A DNA stretch of 64,000 nucleotides from an uncultured Bifidobacterium sp. (GTDB lineage: Bacteria > Actinomycetota > Acidimicrobiia > Acidimicrobiales > Ilumatobacteraceae), in contig CAZZFB010000001.1 in assembly GCA_964653385.1 (NCBI GenBank), positions 3,523 to 67,522 on the forward strand. Direction: 5' to 3'. The position numbers and the translations under genes were made by a program. Shown here one piece after another: positions 36,601 to 45,379 of this stretch (positions are counted from its first letter, which is position 1; each line of letters opens with the position of its first letter). Under the pieces are notes generated by a model. The model was not told the DNA's origin. It did no database searches and worked only from the letters and a program-made list of their open reading frames with translations.

Positions 36601-37377
36601 GTGGGAAACGCAATGCTCGTGGCCGCGCTCGCGATCGTGGCCCTGATGCTCACCACGTGGGTCATCAGCGTCCTGATAAAGAACGCATCGATCGTCGACA
36701 TCGTGTGGGGTCTCGGCTTCGTCGTGGTGGCATGGGCTGTCCGCATCAGCGTGGACGGCGATGCCGCCCGGCAGAACCTCATCACCTTGCTCGTCACGCT
36801 GTGGGGCCTGCGCCTCGCGCTGTACCTCGGCAGGCGCAACCTGGGGCACGGCGAGGACTTCCGCTACGTGCTCATGCGCCGCAAGCACGGCGAGAAGTTC
36901 CCGTGGGTCAGCCTGTACACGGTGTTCGGCCTGCAGGGCGCGCTGATGTGGGCGGTCTCGCTGCCTGTGCAGCTGGGCCAGGCCGATGACGGCGTGTCCG
37001 TGGGGCCACTGGCGGTCATCGGCACGGTGATCTGGGTGGTCGGCTTCGTGTTCGAGACCGTGGGCGACGCCCAGCTCGCGCGCTTCAAGAAGGACCCCGC
37101 GAACGCAGGCAAGGTGATGGACAGGGGGCTGTGGAGCCTCACGCGCCATCCCAACTACTTCGGCGACGCGGTCCAGTGGTGGGGAATCGGAATCATCGCC
37201 GCGGAGGCGGGCACCGCCGCCATCGGGCTCGTCGGCCCCGTCGTGATGACGGTGCTGCTCACGCGGGTGTCGGGTGTGCCGATGCTCGAGCACTCGATGG
37301 CGAAGCGCCGTCCCGGTTACGCCGAGTACGTGGCGCGCACGAGCGCGTTCGTGCCGCGGCCGCCGAAGCGCCTATAG
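36601..37377 (+). CDS. DUF1295 / steroid-5-alpha-reductase-like membrane protein
   Basis: IVDIVWGLGF, WGLRLALYL..R, GLWSLTRHPNYFGD and WWGI. GTG 36601 or ATG 36613. Confidence 0.75.
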   Translation: MGNAMLVAALAIVALMLTTWVISVLIKNASIVDIVWGLGFVVVAWAVRISVDGDAARQNLITLLVTLWGLRLALYLGRRNLGHGEDFRYVLMRRKHGEKFPWVSLYTVFGLQGALMWAVSLPVQLGQADDGVSVGPLAVIGTVIWVVGFVFETVGDAQLARFKKDPANAGKVMDRGLWSLTRHPNYFGDAVQWWGIGIIAAEAGTAAIGLVGPVVMTVLLTRVSGVPMLEHSMAKRRPGYAEYVARTSAFVPRPPKRL

Positions 37378-38532
37378 CGCGCGGTCGAGCGCCGATGTGA
37401 GGTCGGCAATCAGGTCCTCGGGATCCTCGAGCCCGACAGAGAGGCGCAGGAGGCCGTCGGTGACGCCGGTGGAGGCGAGGTCCTCGCCGGACACGCCCAC
37501 CTGGATCGCGGTCGCCGGGTGACAGACGAGTGTCTCCGGCCCGCCGAAGCTCGTTGCGGGGCGCACCAAGCGGAGCGACTCCATGACGCGCCGGCATGCA
37601 TCCGTGCCGCCGGCAATCTCCACTGCCACCAGGGTGCCGCCCATCCGCATCTGCGCACGGGCGAGACCGTGCTGCGGGTGGGACTCGAGGAACGGGTGCG
37701 ACACGTCCGTGACTCGGGGATGCGCGGCGAGCGCGCGCGCGATGCGCAGTGCCGAGGAGTGCTGGCGCTCCGTGCGCACGGCGAGCGTGCGGATGCCGCG
37801 CAGTGCGTTCTGTGCGTCGTGCGGCGAGGCGACCGAGCCGTGCATTACCGAGTACGCCCACACGGAGTCGACGAGGTCCCGTTCCCCGGCGATGACACCG
37901 ATCAACGCGTCGTTGTGCCCACCGATCCCCTTGGTGGCGGAATGGAGCACGAAGTCGATGCCGAAGTCGAGCGGGCGCTGCCCCATGGGGGTGGCCATGG
38001 TGGAGTCGACCACCGTGAACGGACCGGAGATGCGGCCCAGTTCCGATAGGTCCGTCACCGCGAGGCGCGGGTTTGAGGGCGTCTCGGCCATCACGAGCAT
38101 CGTGCGGCCCGGCCTGACCGCTGACTCGAACGAACCCGGCACCGAGGCATCGACGAACGTGGTCTCGATGCCGAACCTGCCGCACGGGCCCTGCAGGAAC
38201 GCCATGGTGGCCCCGTAGAGATTGTTCTGGGCAACGATGTGGCTGCCCTGGCCGCAGAACGCGAGGACCAGGCTCGCCACGGCGCCCATCCCCGAACCGA
38301 ACGCAAGGGCTGATTCTGCGCCCTCGAGTTGCGCGACGGCGTCCTCGAAGGCGGCCACGGTCGGGTTCGAGTACCGCCCGTAGACGCCGCCGTGGCGGAC
38401 CCCGGTGGCTCGGCGGCGCATCTCGTCCAGCCCCTCCTGCTGCCACACCGTCGACGGGTCGACCGGTGTGCCGAGACCGCGGGAGTCACCGCGACCTGCG
38501 GTGATGGCGGTGGTCTCGGGCTTCTGGGTCAC
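37372..38532 (-). CDS. Cys/Met-metabolism PLP enzyme (cystathionine gamma-synthase/lyase or O-acylhomoserine sulfhydrylase family)
   Basis: YGRYSNPT and PLP-lysine context HSATKGIGGHND. 386 aa. Confidence 0.85.
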   Translation of the reverse strand: MTQKPETTAITAGRGDSRGLGTPVDPSTVWQQEGLDEMRRRATGVRHGGVYGRYSNPTVAAFEDAVAQLEGAESALAFGSGMGAVASLVLAFCGQGSHIVAQNNLYGATMAFLQGPCGRFGIETTFVDASVPGSFESAVRPGRTMLVMAETPSNPRLAVTDLSELGRISGPFTVVDSTMATPMGQRPLDFGIDFVLHSATKGIGGHNDALIGVIAGERDLVDSVWAYSVMHGSVASPHDAQNALRGIRTLAVRTERQHSSALRIARALAAHPRVTDVSHPFLESHPQHGLARAQMRMGGTLVAVEIAGGTDACRRVMESLRLVRPATSFGGPETLVCHPATAIQVGVSGEDLASTGVTDGLLRLSVGLEDPEDLIADLTSALDRAL

Positions 38533-38631
38533 GGGGCAAGGCTAGTGACGGGCCCGCGTCCGGCGCTCCCGAATACCGCGCCGCACGTGCTTTCCCCGCC
38601 CCGGCCGGGGTGCTGGGGTAGGGTTCACTCC

Positions 38632-38811
38632 ATGATTTCGTACCTTGACGCCGGCACCGGCTCCATGATCGTGACCGCAATCGCGGGTGGCGTCGCCGGC
38701 ATCGGCGTGGCCTTCAAGATGGGCATGGCCCGCCTGAAGTCGAAGGTCACCGGCAAGCCGCTGCCCGAGCAGGATTCCGAGGAGTCCGAGTCCGGCTCCT
38801 CCCACGACTGA
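38632..38811 (+). CDS. Small membrane peptide (59 aa)
   Basis: MISYLDAGTGSMIVTAIAGGVAGIGVAFKM, then a basic stretch, then the acidic/Ser tail EQDSEESESGSSHD. Stop lies 4 nt before the next ATG. Confidence 0.5.
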   Translation: MISYLDAGTGSMIVTAIAGGVAGIGVAFKMGMARLKSKVTGKPLPEQDSEESESGSSHD

Positions 38812-38815
38812 GCAG

Positions 38816-40216
38816 ATGCCCTCCGTCCACCAAGACCCGGGGTCGTTTCGTGACCCCCTGAGCCGGGTCTTCGTCGGTGAGGACCGCGTGGTGCGGGCCT
38901 TCACCGCGGCCGGCAAGGCCGATCTCGATGCCGTGTGGTCGAGGAAGTCGATTGCCGGTGCGCTCTCCTCCGGGGACCTGATCGAGTCCACACTTGTGGA
39001 TCCCGCCTCGGCCGGCCTGTCCGCGCCGTGGGTCGCGGCGATGACCCATCCCCGGGTCCCGTTCATCTCGTACCCGTACGAGTGGACGTTCTCCATGCTG
39101 AAGGATGCCGCCCTCCTGCAGCTGCGGCTCACGCGCCAGACCCTCGCCGACGGTGTGGGCCTGAAGGATGCCACGCCCTACAACGTCCAGTTCATCGGGT
39201 CGCGGGCACAGTTCATCGATGCGGGATCGTTCGAGGTCCGCAGGAAGTCGGACCCGTGGTACGGCTACCGCCAGTTCTGCGAACTGTTCCTGTACCCGCT
39301 CATGCTGCAGGCCTACCTGGGCGTGGGCTTCCAGCCCTTCCTCCGCGGCGCCGTGAACGGCATCGCTCCCGGCACGATGCGCAAACTGCTGCCCGCGAGC
39401 ATCAGGCACCCGCGCAAGGGGCGGCTCACGCACGTCGTGCTGCACGCCGCGGCGCAGGACAGGTTCGCCGACACCGATGTGGAGGTGAAGAAGGAGGCCG
39501 CCAAGGCGGGCATGAGCGCGGCAGTCCTCGACGCCACGCTCCGGAAACTGGAGAAGCTGGTGTCGTCGCTGGAGCTCGGCGACAAGAAGTCCACGTGGTC
39601 CGAGTACACCGAGCGCGGCCACTACATCGAGGACAGCCTGGACGAGAAGGAGCGCTTCGTGCGCGACGCGGTGGCCTTGAGCCCGCGGCGCCTCGTGACC
39701 GACATCGGGTGCAACGACGGCAAGTTCAGCCGCATCGCCGCCGCCCACAGTGACCACGTCGTGGCGATGGACGCGGACCCGCTGGTGGTCGACCGGCTCT
39801 ACGGTGCGCTGAAGAGCGAGAAGAACGAGAAGATCCTCCCGCTGTACGTGGACATGTCCGACTCGGGCGGCGGGATCGGCTGGCGCGGCCGGGAGCGTCC
39901 CGGCGTGTTCGACCGCGGCACGCCCGACGTCGTCCTGTACCTGGCGGTCATCCACCACGTCGCGATCACGTTCAACATCCCTGTCGCCGCGCAGCTCGAC
40001 ATGCTCGCCGACCTCGCGCCGGAGATCGTGATCGAGATGCCGCACGCGGATGACCCGATGGTGCGCAAGCTGCTCGTCAACAAGCGCGTGGGTATCCACG
40101 ACGACTTCACACTCGAGGAGTTCGAGCGCCTCCTCGGCGAGCGGTTCGACGTGAAGTCGCGGTTGCTCCTCTCCAGCGGGACCCGCACGATCTTCCACGC
40201 CGTGCGCCGGGCCTGA
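38816..40216 (+). CDS. Two-domain protein: N-terminal kinase-like-motif domain plus C-terminal class I SAM-dependent methyltransferase
   Basis: C-terminal motif I VTDIGCNDGKFS and VVAMDADP. The N-domain has YPYEWTFSMLKDAAL and LKDATPYNVQF...FIDAGSFE (D-x4-N followed 17 residues later by a D-x-G). Confidence 0.7.
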   Translation: MPSVHQDPGSFRDPLSRVFVGEDRVVRAFTAAGKADLDAVWSRKSIAGALSSGDLIESTLVDPASAGLSAPWVAAMTHPRVPFISYPYEWTFSMLKDAALLQLRLTRQTLADGVGLKDATPYNVQFIGSRAQFIDAGSFEVRRKSDPWYGYRQFCELFLYPLMLQAYLGVGFQPFLRGAVNGIAPGTMRKLLPASIRHPRKGRLTHVVLHAAAQDRFADTDVEVKKEAAKAGMSAAVLDATLRKLEKLVSSLELGDKKSTWSEYTERGHYIEDSLDEKERFVRDAVALSPRRLVTDIGCNDGKFSRIAAAHSDHVVAMDADPLVVDRLYGALKSEKNEKILPLYVDMSDSGGGIGWRGRERPGVFDRGTPDVVLYLAVIHHVAITFNIPVAAQLDMLADLAPEIVIEMPHADDPMVRKLLVNKRVGIHDDFTLEEFERLLGERFDVKSRLLLSSGTRTIFHAVRRA

Positions 40217-40257
40217 GCCCGGGGGAGACCAGCACCCGCCGCGATAGCATCAGGGCA

Positions 40258-40277
40258 GTGCCCCGTCCGCGGGGCAC
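40258..40277 (+). terminator. Hairpin abutting the 5' end of tRNA-Cys
   Basis: GTGCCCCG-TCCG-CGGGGCAC, an 8-bp stem. It lies 41 nt after the methyltransferase stop and 2 nt before the tRNA. No T-tract. Confidence 0.35.
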
Positions 40278-40279
40278 TT

Positions 40280-40354
40280 GGCGACGTGGCGGAATGGTTT
40301 ACGCAGCGGCCTGCAAAGCCGTTTATCCGAGTTCGATTCTCGGCGTCGCCTCCA
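40280..40354 (+). tRNA. tRNA-Cys (anticodon GCA), CCA encoded
   Basis: Acceptor GGCGACG/CGTCGCC, anticodon loop CTGCAAA, T-arm CCGAGTTCGATTCTCGG, then TCCA. Confidence 0.92.
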
Positions 40355-40395
40355 GTGCTCGCACCCCGTGCAGGTTTGCCCTACCGTTTCCTGCC

Positions 40396-41196
40396 GTGAC
40401 GAACAGCAGCTCAACCACGGCAACCATCCTCTTCGACCGTTTCCGGCTCCTCTTCTCCTCGATCCCGGTGGTCGCGGTGGTGCTGGTCGTGCGCTTCCTC
40501 GTGCAGGAGGTGTGGGACATCGGCGAGGTCGCCACCTTCGGCGAGATCGGGTCTGTCATCACCGGCGTGACCCTCATCCTCGGTTTCATGCTGGGTGGCG
40601 TGCTGGCGGACTACAAGGAGTCGGAACGCCTGCCCGCGGTCGTTGCAGTCGGCCTCGGGGGCTTCCAGTCCACGTGCGCGCTCGCCCTCACCGCGAAGGA
40701 CCAAGACCACGCGTGGGCAACGGCGCGTGTCGCCGCGGTCGGGGAGGCGGTCCACGGTTGGCTGCTGGGGCAGCGCACGGACGCCGAGATGTGGGCGGCG
40801 CACGCGGACTTCGCGAGGCTCGTCACCGACGTCGAGAAGGCCGGCGGCGGCACCCACTACCTGGGACGGATGATGACCGTGAACGGGGAGCTCACCGCCA
40901 CGCTGAACCGCATCGCAGTTATCCGGAACACCTCGTTCGTGCAGTCGGGGTACGTGCTGATGACGTTCCTCGTCTTCATCCTTCAGCTCTCGCTCGCCGT
41001 CGTCACCTTCCCGTCGACGGTGATGTCGTGGATCGCGCCGTCGGTGCTGAGCCTCGCGTACGCGTACCTCCTGCTGCTGGTCCGCGACCTCGACAACCCG
41101 TTCGGTCACGGTGACAACGACGGCCACGGCAGCGGGGCGGACGTGGACATCTCGCCGGTCGCGGGTGCCGTGGCCGCCCTGCGGCGGGCTGTCTGA
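40396..41196 (+). CDS. Membrane protein, possibly bestrophin/DUF4239-like
   Basis: Track ORF 40258..41196 trimmed to GTG 40396 because its 5' part overlaps tRNA-Cys. Two TM pairs and C-terminal LVRDLDNPFGHGDND. The family call is tentative. Confidence 0.5.
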   Translation: MTNSSSTTATILFDRFRLLFSSIPVVAVVLVVRFLVQEVWDIGEVATFGEIGSVITGVTLILGFMLGGVLADYKESERLPAVVAVGLGGFQSTCALALTAKDQDHAWATARVAAVGEAVHGWLLGQRTDAEMWAAHADFARLVTDVEKAGGGTHYLGRMMTVNGELTATLNRIAVIRNTSFVQSGYVLMTFLVFILQLSLAVVTFPSTVMSWIAPSVLSLAYAYLLLLVRDLDNPFGHGDNDGHGSGADVDISPVAGAVAALRRAV

Positions 41197-41229
41197 TCAG
41201 CGGGCGCGGACCGGGCCACGGTCCCGGTT

Positions 41230-41667
41230 TCAGACGCGGCTGATCGGGATGCGCCTCTTCTCCTCGTGGTGACCGTTGGTCTTCACGCGGATCTCGAGGA
41301 TGCCGTCCCGGTACGTCGCCTTCACGTCGTCGGCACCGGCCCGGCCGTCCAGGTGGACCGCACGGTGGAGGTGGCCGTACGAGAACTCGGACCTGAACTG
41401 GCCGGACTCCGACTTCTCGGCCCTCCGCTCGCGGGTGATGTCGATGTTGAGCACGTCGTCGTCGACGGTCAGCGAGACGTCCTTCTCCGGGTCAATTCCC
41501 GGGATCTCGGCACGGATCACTCGGTGGTGGTCGGAGTCGAACTCCTCGATGCGGATGTCGGTGGAAGGGCCGAGCAACTCCATCTTCGGGGGCCAGAAGC
41601 CCACCGGCCAGGTGGGGAAACTGGCCGGCCAATCCAGCAACGGCCGCATCAGTGTGTTCCTGCTCAT
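41230..41667 (-). CDS. Hsp20/alpha-crystallin small heat-shock protein
   Basis: Alpha-crystallin domain: DIRIEEFDSDHHRVIRAEIPGIDPEKDVSLTVDDDVLNI...YRDGILEIRV. Confidence 0.9.
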   Translation of the reverse strand: MSRNTLMRPLLDWPASFPTWPVGFWPPKMELLGPSTDIRIEEFDSDHHRVIRAEIPGIDPEKDVSLTVDDDVLNIDITRERRAEKSESGQFRSEFSYGHLHRAVHLDGRAGADDVKATYRDGILEIRVKTNGHHEEKRRIPISRV

Positions 41668-41935
41668 GTCGTGTTCCTTTCGTCAGGGGACGATCTGACG
41701 GTAGGAAGCGGTGCGGCCGAGGTGAAGACCCGGCGTACCGAAGGGTAGGTGCGTCACCCGCGGGCGAGCACAAGTTCTCAAGCGAGGCGCCGATGATTGG
41801 CGACTGCAAGAAACCCTTGACCCTGTTGAGATTTTCTGTAAATCACCCCTGTGCCGAATGTGACACCTATGTGACTTTCGTCTACATTGGGGGGACGTCG
41901 CCGACCGGGCGGCACACCAATGGGGGGTTATCAAC

Positions 41936-43699
41936 ATGACATCACGAAGGAAGAGGTGGGGGGCAGCAGTCGCAGTCGCAATCGCGGCGTCGGCAATGGC
42001 CACTACCACCCAGGCCGCTGGCACCAAGCCGGCTGCCTCGAAACTCGGAGGCGACATCAACGTCGGCATCCTGAACACGATCTCGGGCTGGTGCTTCTCG
42101 AATGCACTCACCGGCGATGCCCTCGGTGCCACACGCACCGTGTACGAGAGCCTCGTGGAGCGCGACTCGCGCGGCAACTTCATCCCGCACCTCGCGTCCA
42201 AGTGGGCGTCCTCCGAGGGCGGCAAGGTGTGGACGTTCACGCTTCGCCCGAACATCAAGTTCTCCAACGGTGAGGATTTCAACGCCGAAGTCGTGAAAAT
42301 GAACATGGACCTCGGTCGTGGCGCTGTCATCAGCGGCAAGCTCGGCAGCTATACGTACTCCGGTATCGCGTACGGCTCGACTGGTGTCGGCGTGAACGCC
42401 AACATCATGAGCGTCGATGCTGTCGATCCGCTCACAGTGAAGATCACGCTCGAGCGCCCTGACAACGACTTCATCGGTCTCATGTACCGCGCGGGTCGCT
42501 ACGTCATGCGCGCCCCTGGTCAGATCCTGACTCCTGACGGCAAGGCCAACACGACGTCCACTACCGCGTCGTGCTCTCTCAAGGGCATCGGAACTGGTCC
42601 GTTCATGATCCAGTCGTACAACCCGAACGAACTCGTGGTCGTGCGCAACCCGAACTACTGGCGCAAGGACGCAGCCGGCACGCAACTGCCGTACCTGAAC
42701 TCCATCACCTTCGTTGTGGTGAAGGAGGCCTCGCAGCGTGCCGCAGCGCTCCGCCGCGGAAACCTGGATGCCGCGTCGTTCACCACGGGTGAGTCGACCT
42801 TCATCCTCGACCTGCGCAAGCGCAAGAGCGTCGTCACCGAGTATGCCGGCAAGGCGGCCTCGTGGGGCCAGTGGGTGCCGAACCAGAACAAGACCGGCTC
42901 TCCCTTCAAGTACCAGAACTGCCGCCTCGCAGCGGCGTTCGCCGTGGACTGGAAGACCTACAACCAGGTCCGCTTCAAGGGCCTCGGCGTGTACTCCGGC
43001 TCGATCGTGGGCACTGACCACATCATGTACACCCGCGCCGGTGCGCCCACCTACAACGTGGCGAAGGCCAAGGAGTACGTGGCGAAGTGCAACACCGATC
43101 TCGGCGCTGCCGGGCCGATGAAGCTCACGCTCTACGCGGACACCAGCACATCCTCGCTCAACAACGTGAAGGAAGTGCAGAAGTACTTCGAGGCGGCCGG
43201 CATCCAGATGAACCCGATCTTCCAGGCCGAGTCGGCCGTGCTGATCGCGTCCATCTACCGCGGTGGCGGCAACCTGTACGACTTCGCAGAGGGCACCCCG
43301 GCCGAGGGCCCGGGTTCGGGCTACGTTCTCCCGTTCTTCGTGACGGGCGCGTTCCCCGCGAACTCGACCAACCCGATCGCCAAGACTGCTCTGGGAATCG
43401 GCTACAACAAGGTCATCGCGCTCGGCAACCACAGCGACACCCAGGTGGACAACCTCCTGTACGCCGCCCAGGCTGAGACCAACGCGGCAGCCCGCAAGAA
43501 GAAGTTCCAGGAAGCCACTGCATACATGCAGGCGACGGGATTGCTCATCCCGACCGTGCACACGGCGACCTGGACCTTCGTCAACAACAAGGCCAAGCTG
43601 AAGGGCATCACCCAGTTCAAGAACCCTGATGGCAAGACCCTCGCTCCCACGAGGGACATCAAGGGCTTCGAGTGGACGGGAATCTGGCAGGAGCGCTAG
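41936..43699 (+). CDS. ABC transporter substrate-binding protein, family 5 (peptide/nickel type); no cognate permease genes adjacent
   Basis: Signal peptide without Cys. Contains KVWTFTLRPNIKFSNGEDFNAEVV and NPNYWRKD...LPYLNSITF. Paralogous to 56953..58755. Confidence 0.88.
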   Translation: MTSRRKRWGAAVAVAIAASAMATTTQAAGTKPAASKLGGDINVGILNTISGWCFSNALTGDALGATRTVYESLVERDSRGNFIPHLASKWASSEGGKVWTFTLRPNIKFSNGEDFNAEVVKMNMDLGRGAVISGKLGSYTYSGIAYGSTGVGVNANIMSVDAVDPLTVKITLERPDNDFIGLMYRAGRYVMRAPGQILTPDGKANTTSTTASCSLKGIGTGPFMIQSYNPNELVVVRNPNYWRKDAAGTQLPYLNSITFVVVKEASQRAAALRRGNLDAASFTTGESTFILDLRKRKSVVTEYAGKAASWGQWVPNQNKTGSPFKYQNCRLAAAFAVDWKTYNQVRFKGLGVYSGSIVGTDHIMYTRAGAPTYNVAKAKEYVAKCNTDLGAAGPMKLTLYADTSTSSLNNVKEVQKYFEAAGIQMNPIFQAESAVLIASIYRGGGNLYDFAEGTPAEGPGSGYVLPFFVTGAFPANSTNPIAKTALGIGYNKVIALGNHSDTQVDNLLYAAQAETNAAARKKKFQEATAYMQATGLLIPTVHTATWTFVNNKAKLKGITQFKNPDGKTLAPTRDIKGFEWTGIWQER

Positions 43700-43724
43700 A
43701 AGCCAGTCACTGAAAGGCTCGGGA

Positions 43725-43750
43725 GGGGCGGTGGCTTCGGCCACCGCCCC
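43725..43750 (+). terminator. Strong hairpin downstream of the SBP gene
   Basis: Perfect 11-bp stem GGGGCGGTGGC / GCCACCGCCCC with a TTCG tetraloop, 25 nt after the stop, followed by TTCTGCG. Confidence 0.65.
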
Positions 43751-43806
43751 TTCTGCGTACCCGGGCCGTGTTCCTGCCCGGGGAGAGCAGCGTTTAGGGT
43801 GTGTCC

Positions 43807-45333
43807 ATGAAGGTTGCCCTCACGATTGTCGACCACCTCCGCCGCGCCGAGCAGGTCTACGGCGACCGCATCGCAGTGGTCGACGAGCCGGACCAGCCGG
43901 CAGAGTCCTGGGGGTCCCTGACGTACTCCCGCATGGCCGATCTGGCGCGTGCCCAGGCAGCCGGCCTGGATGCCCTCGGGGTGCCCCGGGGGGCGCGCGT
44001 GGCAGTGGTCAGCCAGAACTCGGCCAGGCTCATCACGTCGTTCTTCGGCGTCAGCGGGTGGGGCCGCGTTCTCGTGCCGATCAACTTCCGTCTGGTGGCG
44101 GAGGAGGTCGCCTACATCGTGGAGCACAGCGGCGCCGAGGTGCTCATAGTGGACCCGGAGCTGGACGAGGCGCTCGCGGGCGTGACAGCCCGGCACAGGT
44201 TCGTGATCGGCGCGGAGTCCGATGCCGTGCTGTACCGCCACGGCGTGGAGCCCGACCCGTGGGAGCCTGACGAGGACGCGACAGCGACGATCAACTACAC
44301 CAGCGGCACGACGGCCAGGCCGAAGGGCGTGCAGCTGACCCACCGCAACCTGTGGGTGAACGCGGCGGTCTTCGGGTGGCAGATGGGCGTCAATGATCGC
44401 GACGTCTACCTTCACACTCTCCCGCAGTTCCACGCGAACGGGTGGGGCATGGTCTTCGCGGTCACGGGCATGGGCGGTCGTCACGTCGTGCTGCGCAAGG
44501 TGGACGGGGCAGAGATCCTCCGGCGGGTCGAGGAGCACGGGGTGACCCTCCTGTGCGGGGCACCCGCCGTGGCGAACATGATCCTCGATGCTGCGCCGGG
44601 CGCCGGGAGCAACCGTGGCAACGTGCGCATGGTCGTTGCCGGTGCGCCGCCGCCCACCAAGACCATCGAGCGGATCGAGACCGAGCTCGGGTGGGAGTTC
44701 GTGCAGATCTACGGGCTCACCGAGACATCCCCGTTGCTCACCATGAACCGCACACGCTCCGAGTGGGACGGTCTGTCACCGGCGGACCGCGCGTCGCGTC
44801 TCGGCGCAGCTGGTGCGCCCAGCCTGGGCGTGGAGATGGCGGTGGATGCCGAGGGCGAAGTGCTGGCCCGCGGGTCGGTCGTCATGGAGGGGTACTGGAA
44901 CCAGCCCGAGGAGACCTCGAAGGCGATCGCGGACGGTTGGTTCCGCACCGGCGACGGGGGCTCCATCGGCGCGCACCACCACGTGACGATCGCAGACCGC
45001 AAGAAGGACGTGATCATCTCCGGTGGCGAGAACGTGTCGTCCATCGAGGTGGAGGACGCCGTGTTCTCCCACCCTGACGTTGCCGAGGTGGCGGTCATCG
45101 GTGTGCCCGACGAGAAGTGGGGCGAGCTCGTCCTCGCCCTCGTGGTCAAGACGCCCGGCTCGCCACTGACGGAAGACGAGCTGATTGCCTACGTGAAGAC
45201 AAAACTGGCTGGGTACAAGTGCCCGAAGCGGATCGAGTTCCGCACGGAGCTGGCGCGAACTGCAACCGGCAAGCTGCAGAAGTTCAAGCTGCGCGCCCCG
45301 TACTGGGAAGGCCTCTCGAAGCAGGTGAACTGA
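43807..45333 (+). CDS. AMP-dependent acyl-CoA synthetase/ligase
   Basis: INYTSGTTARPKGV, YGLTETS and GKLQKFKLR. ATG 43807, whereas the track start is GTG 43801. Confidence 0.88.
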   Translation: MKVALTIVDHLRRAEQVYGDRIAVVDEPDQPAESWGSLTYSRMADLARAQAAGLDALGVPRGARVAVVSQNSARLITSFFGVSGWGRVLVPINFRLVAEEVAYIVEHSGAEVLIVDPELDEALAGVTARHRFVIGAESDAVLYRHGVEPDPWEPDEDATATINYTSGTTARPKGVQLTHRNLWVNAAVFGWQMGVNDRDVYLHTLPQFHANGWGMVFAVTGMGGRHVVLRKVDGAEILRRVEEHGVTLLCGAPAVANMILDAAPGAGSNRGNVRMVVAGAPPPTKTIERIETELGWEFVQIYGLTETSPLLTMNRTRSEWDGLSPADRASRLGAAGAPSLGVEMAVDAEGEVLARGSVVMEGYWNQPEETSKAIADGWFRTGDGGSIGAHHHVTIADRKKDVIISGGENVSSIEVEDAVFSHPDVAEVAVIGVPDEKWGELVLALVVKTPGSPLTEDELIAYVKTKLAGYKCPKRIEFRTELARTATGKLQKFKLRAPYWEGLSKQVN

Positions 45334-45379
45334 GGCCCGGCCACACCGCCCTGGTCGCATCCGGGCGCAAGTGCGCTGC

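Noticed and set aside
40258-40395. 5' extension of ORF 40258..41196 across tRNA-Cys
   Set aside because: A protein-coding region overlapping a well-formed tRNA on the same strand is implausible. I trimmed the ORF to GTG 40396.
41771-41782. CTTGAG half-site (minus strand) upstream of hsp20 as an HspR/HAIR operator
   Set aside because: Only one half of the CTTGAGT-N7-ACTCAAG inverted repeat is present, and I found no matching second arm at the right spacing.
41942-43744. 600-aa minus-strand ORF, and likewise 56890..58731 on the plus strand, mirroring the two SBP genes
   Set aside because: Both are antisense to ORFs with signal peptides and family-5 SBP blocks. They have shadow-ORF composition.
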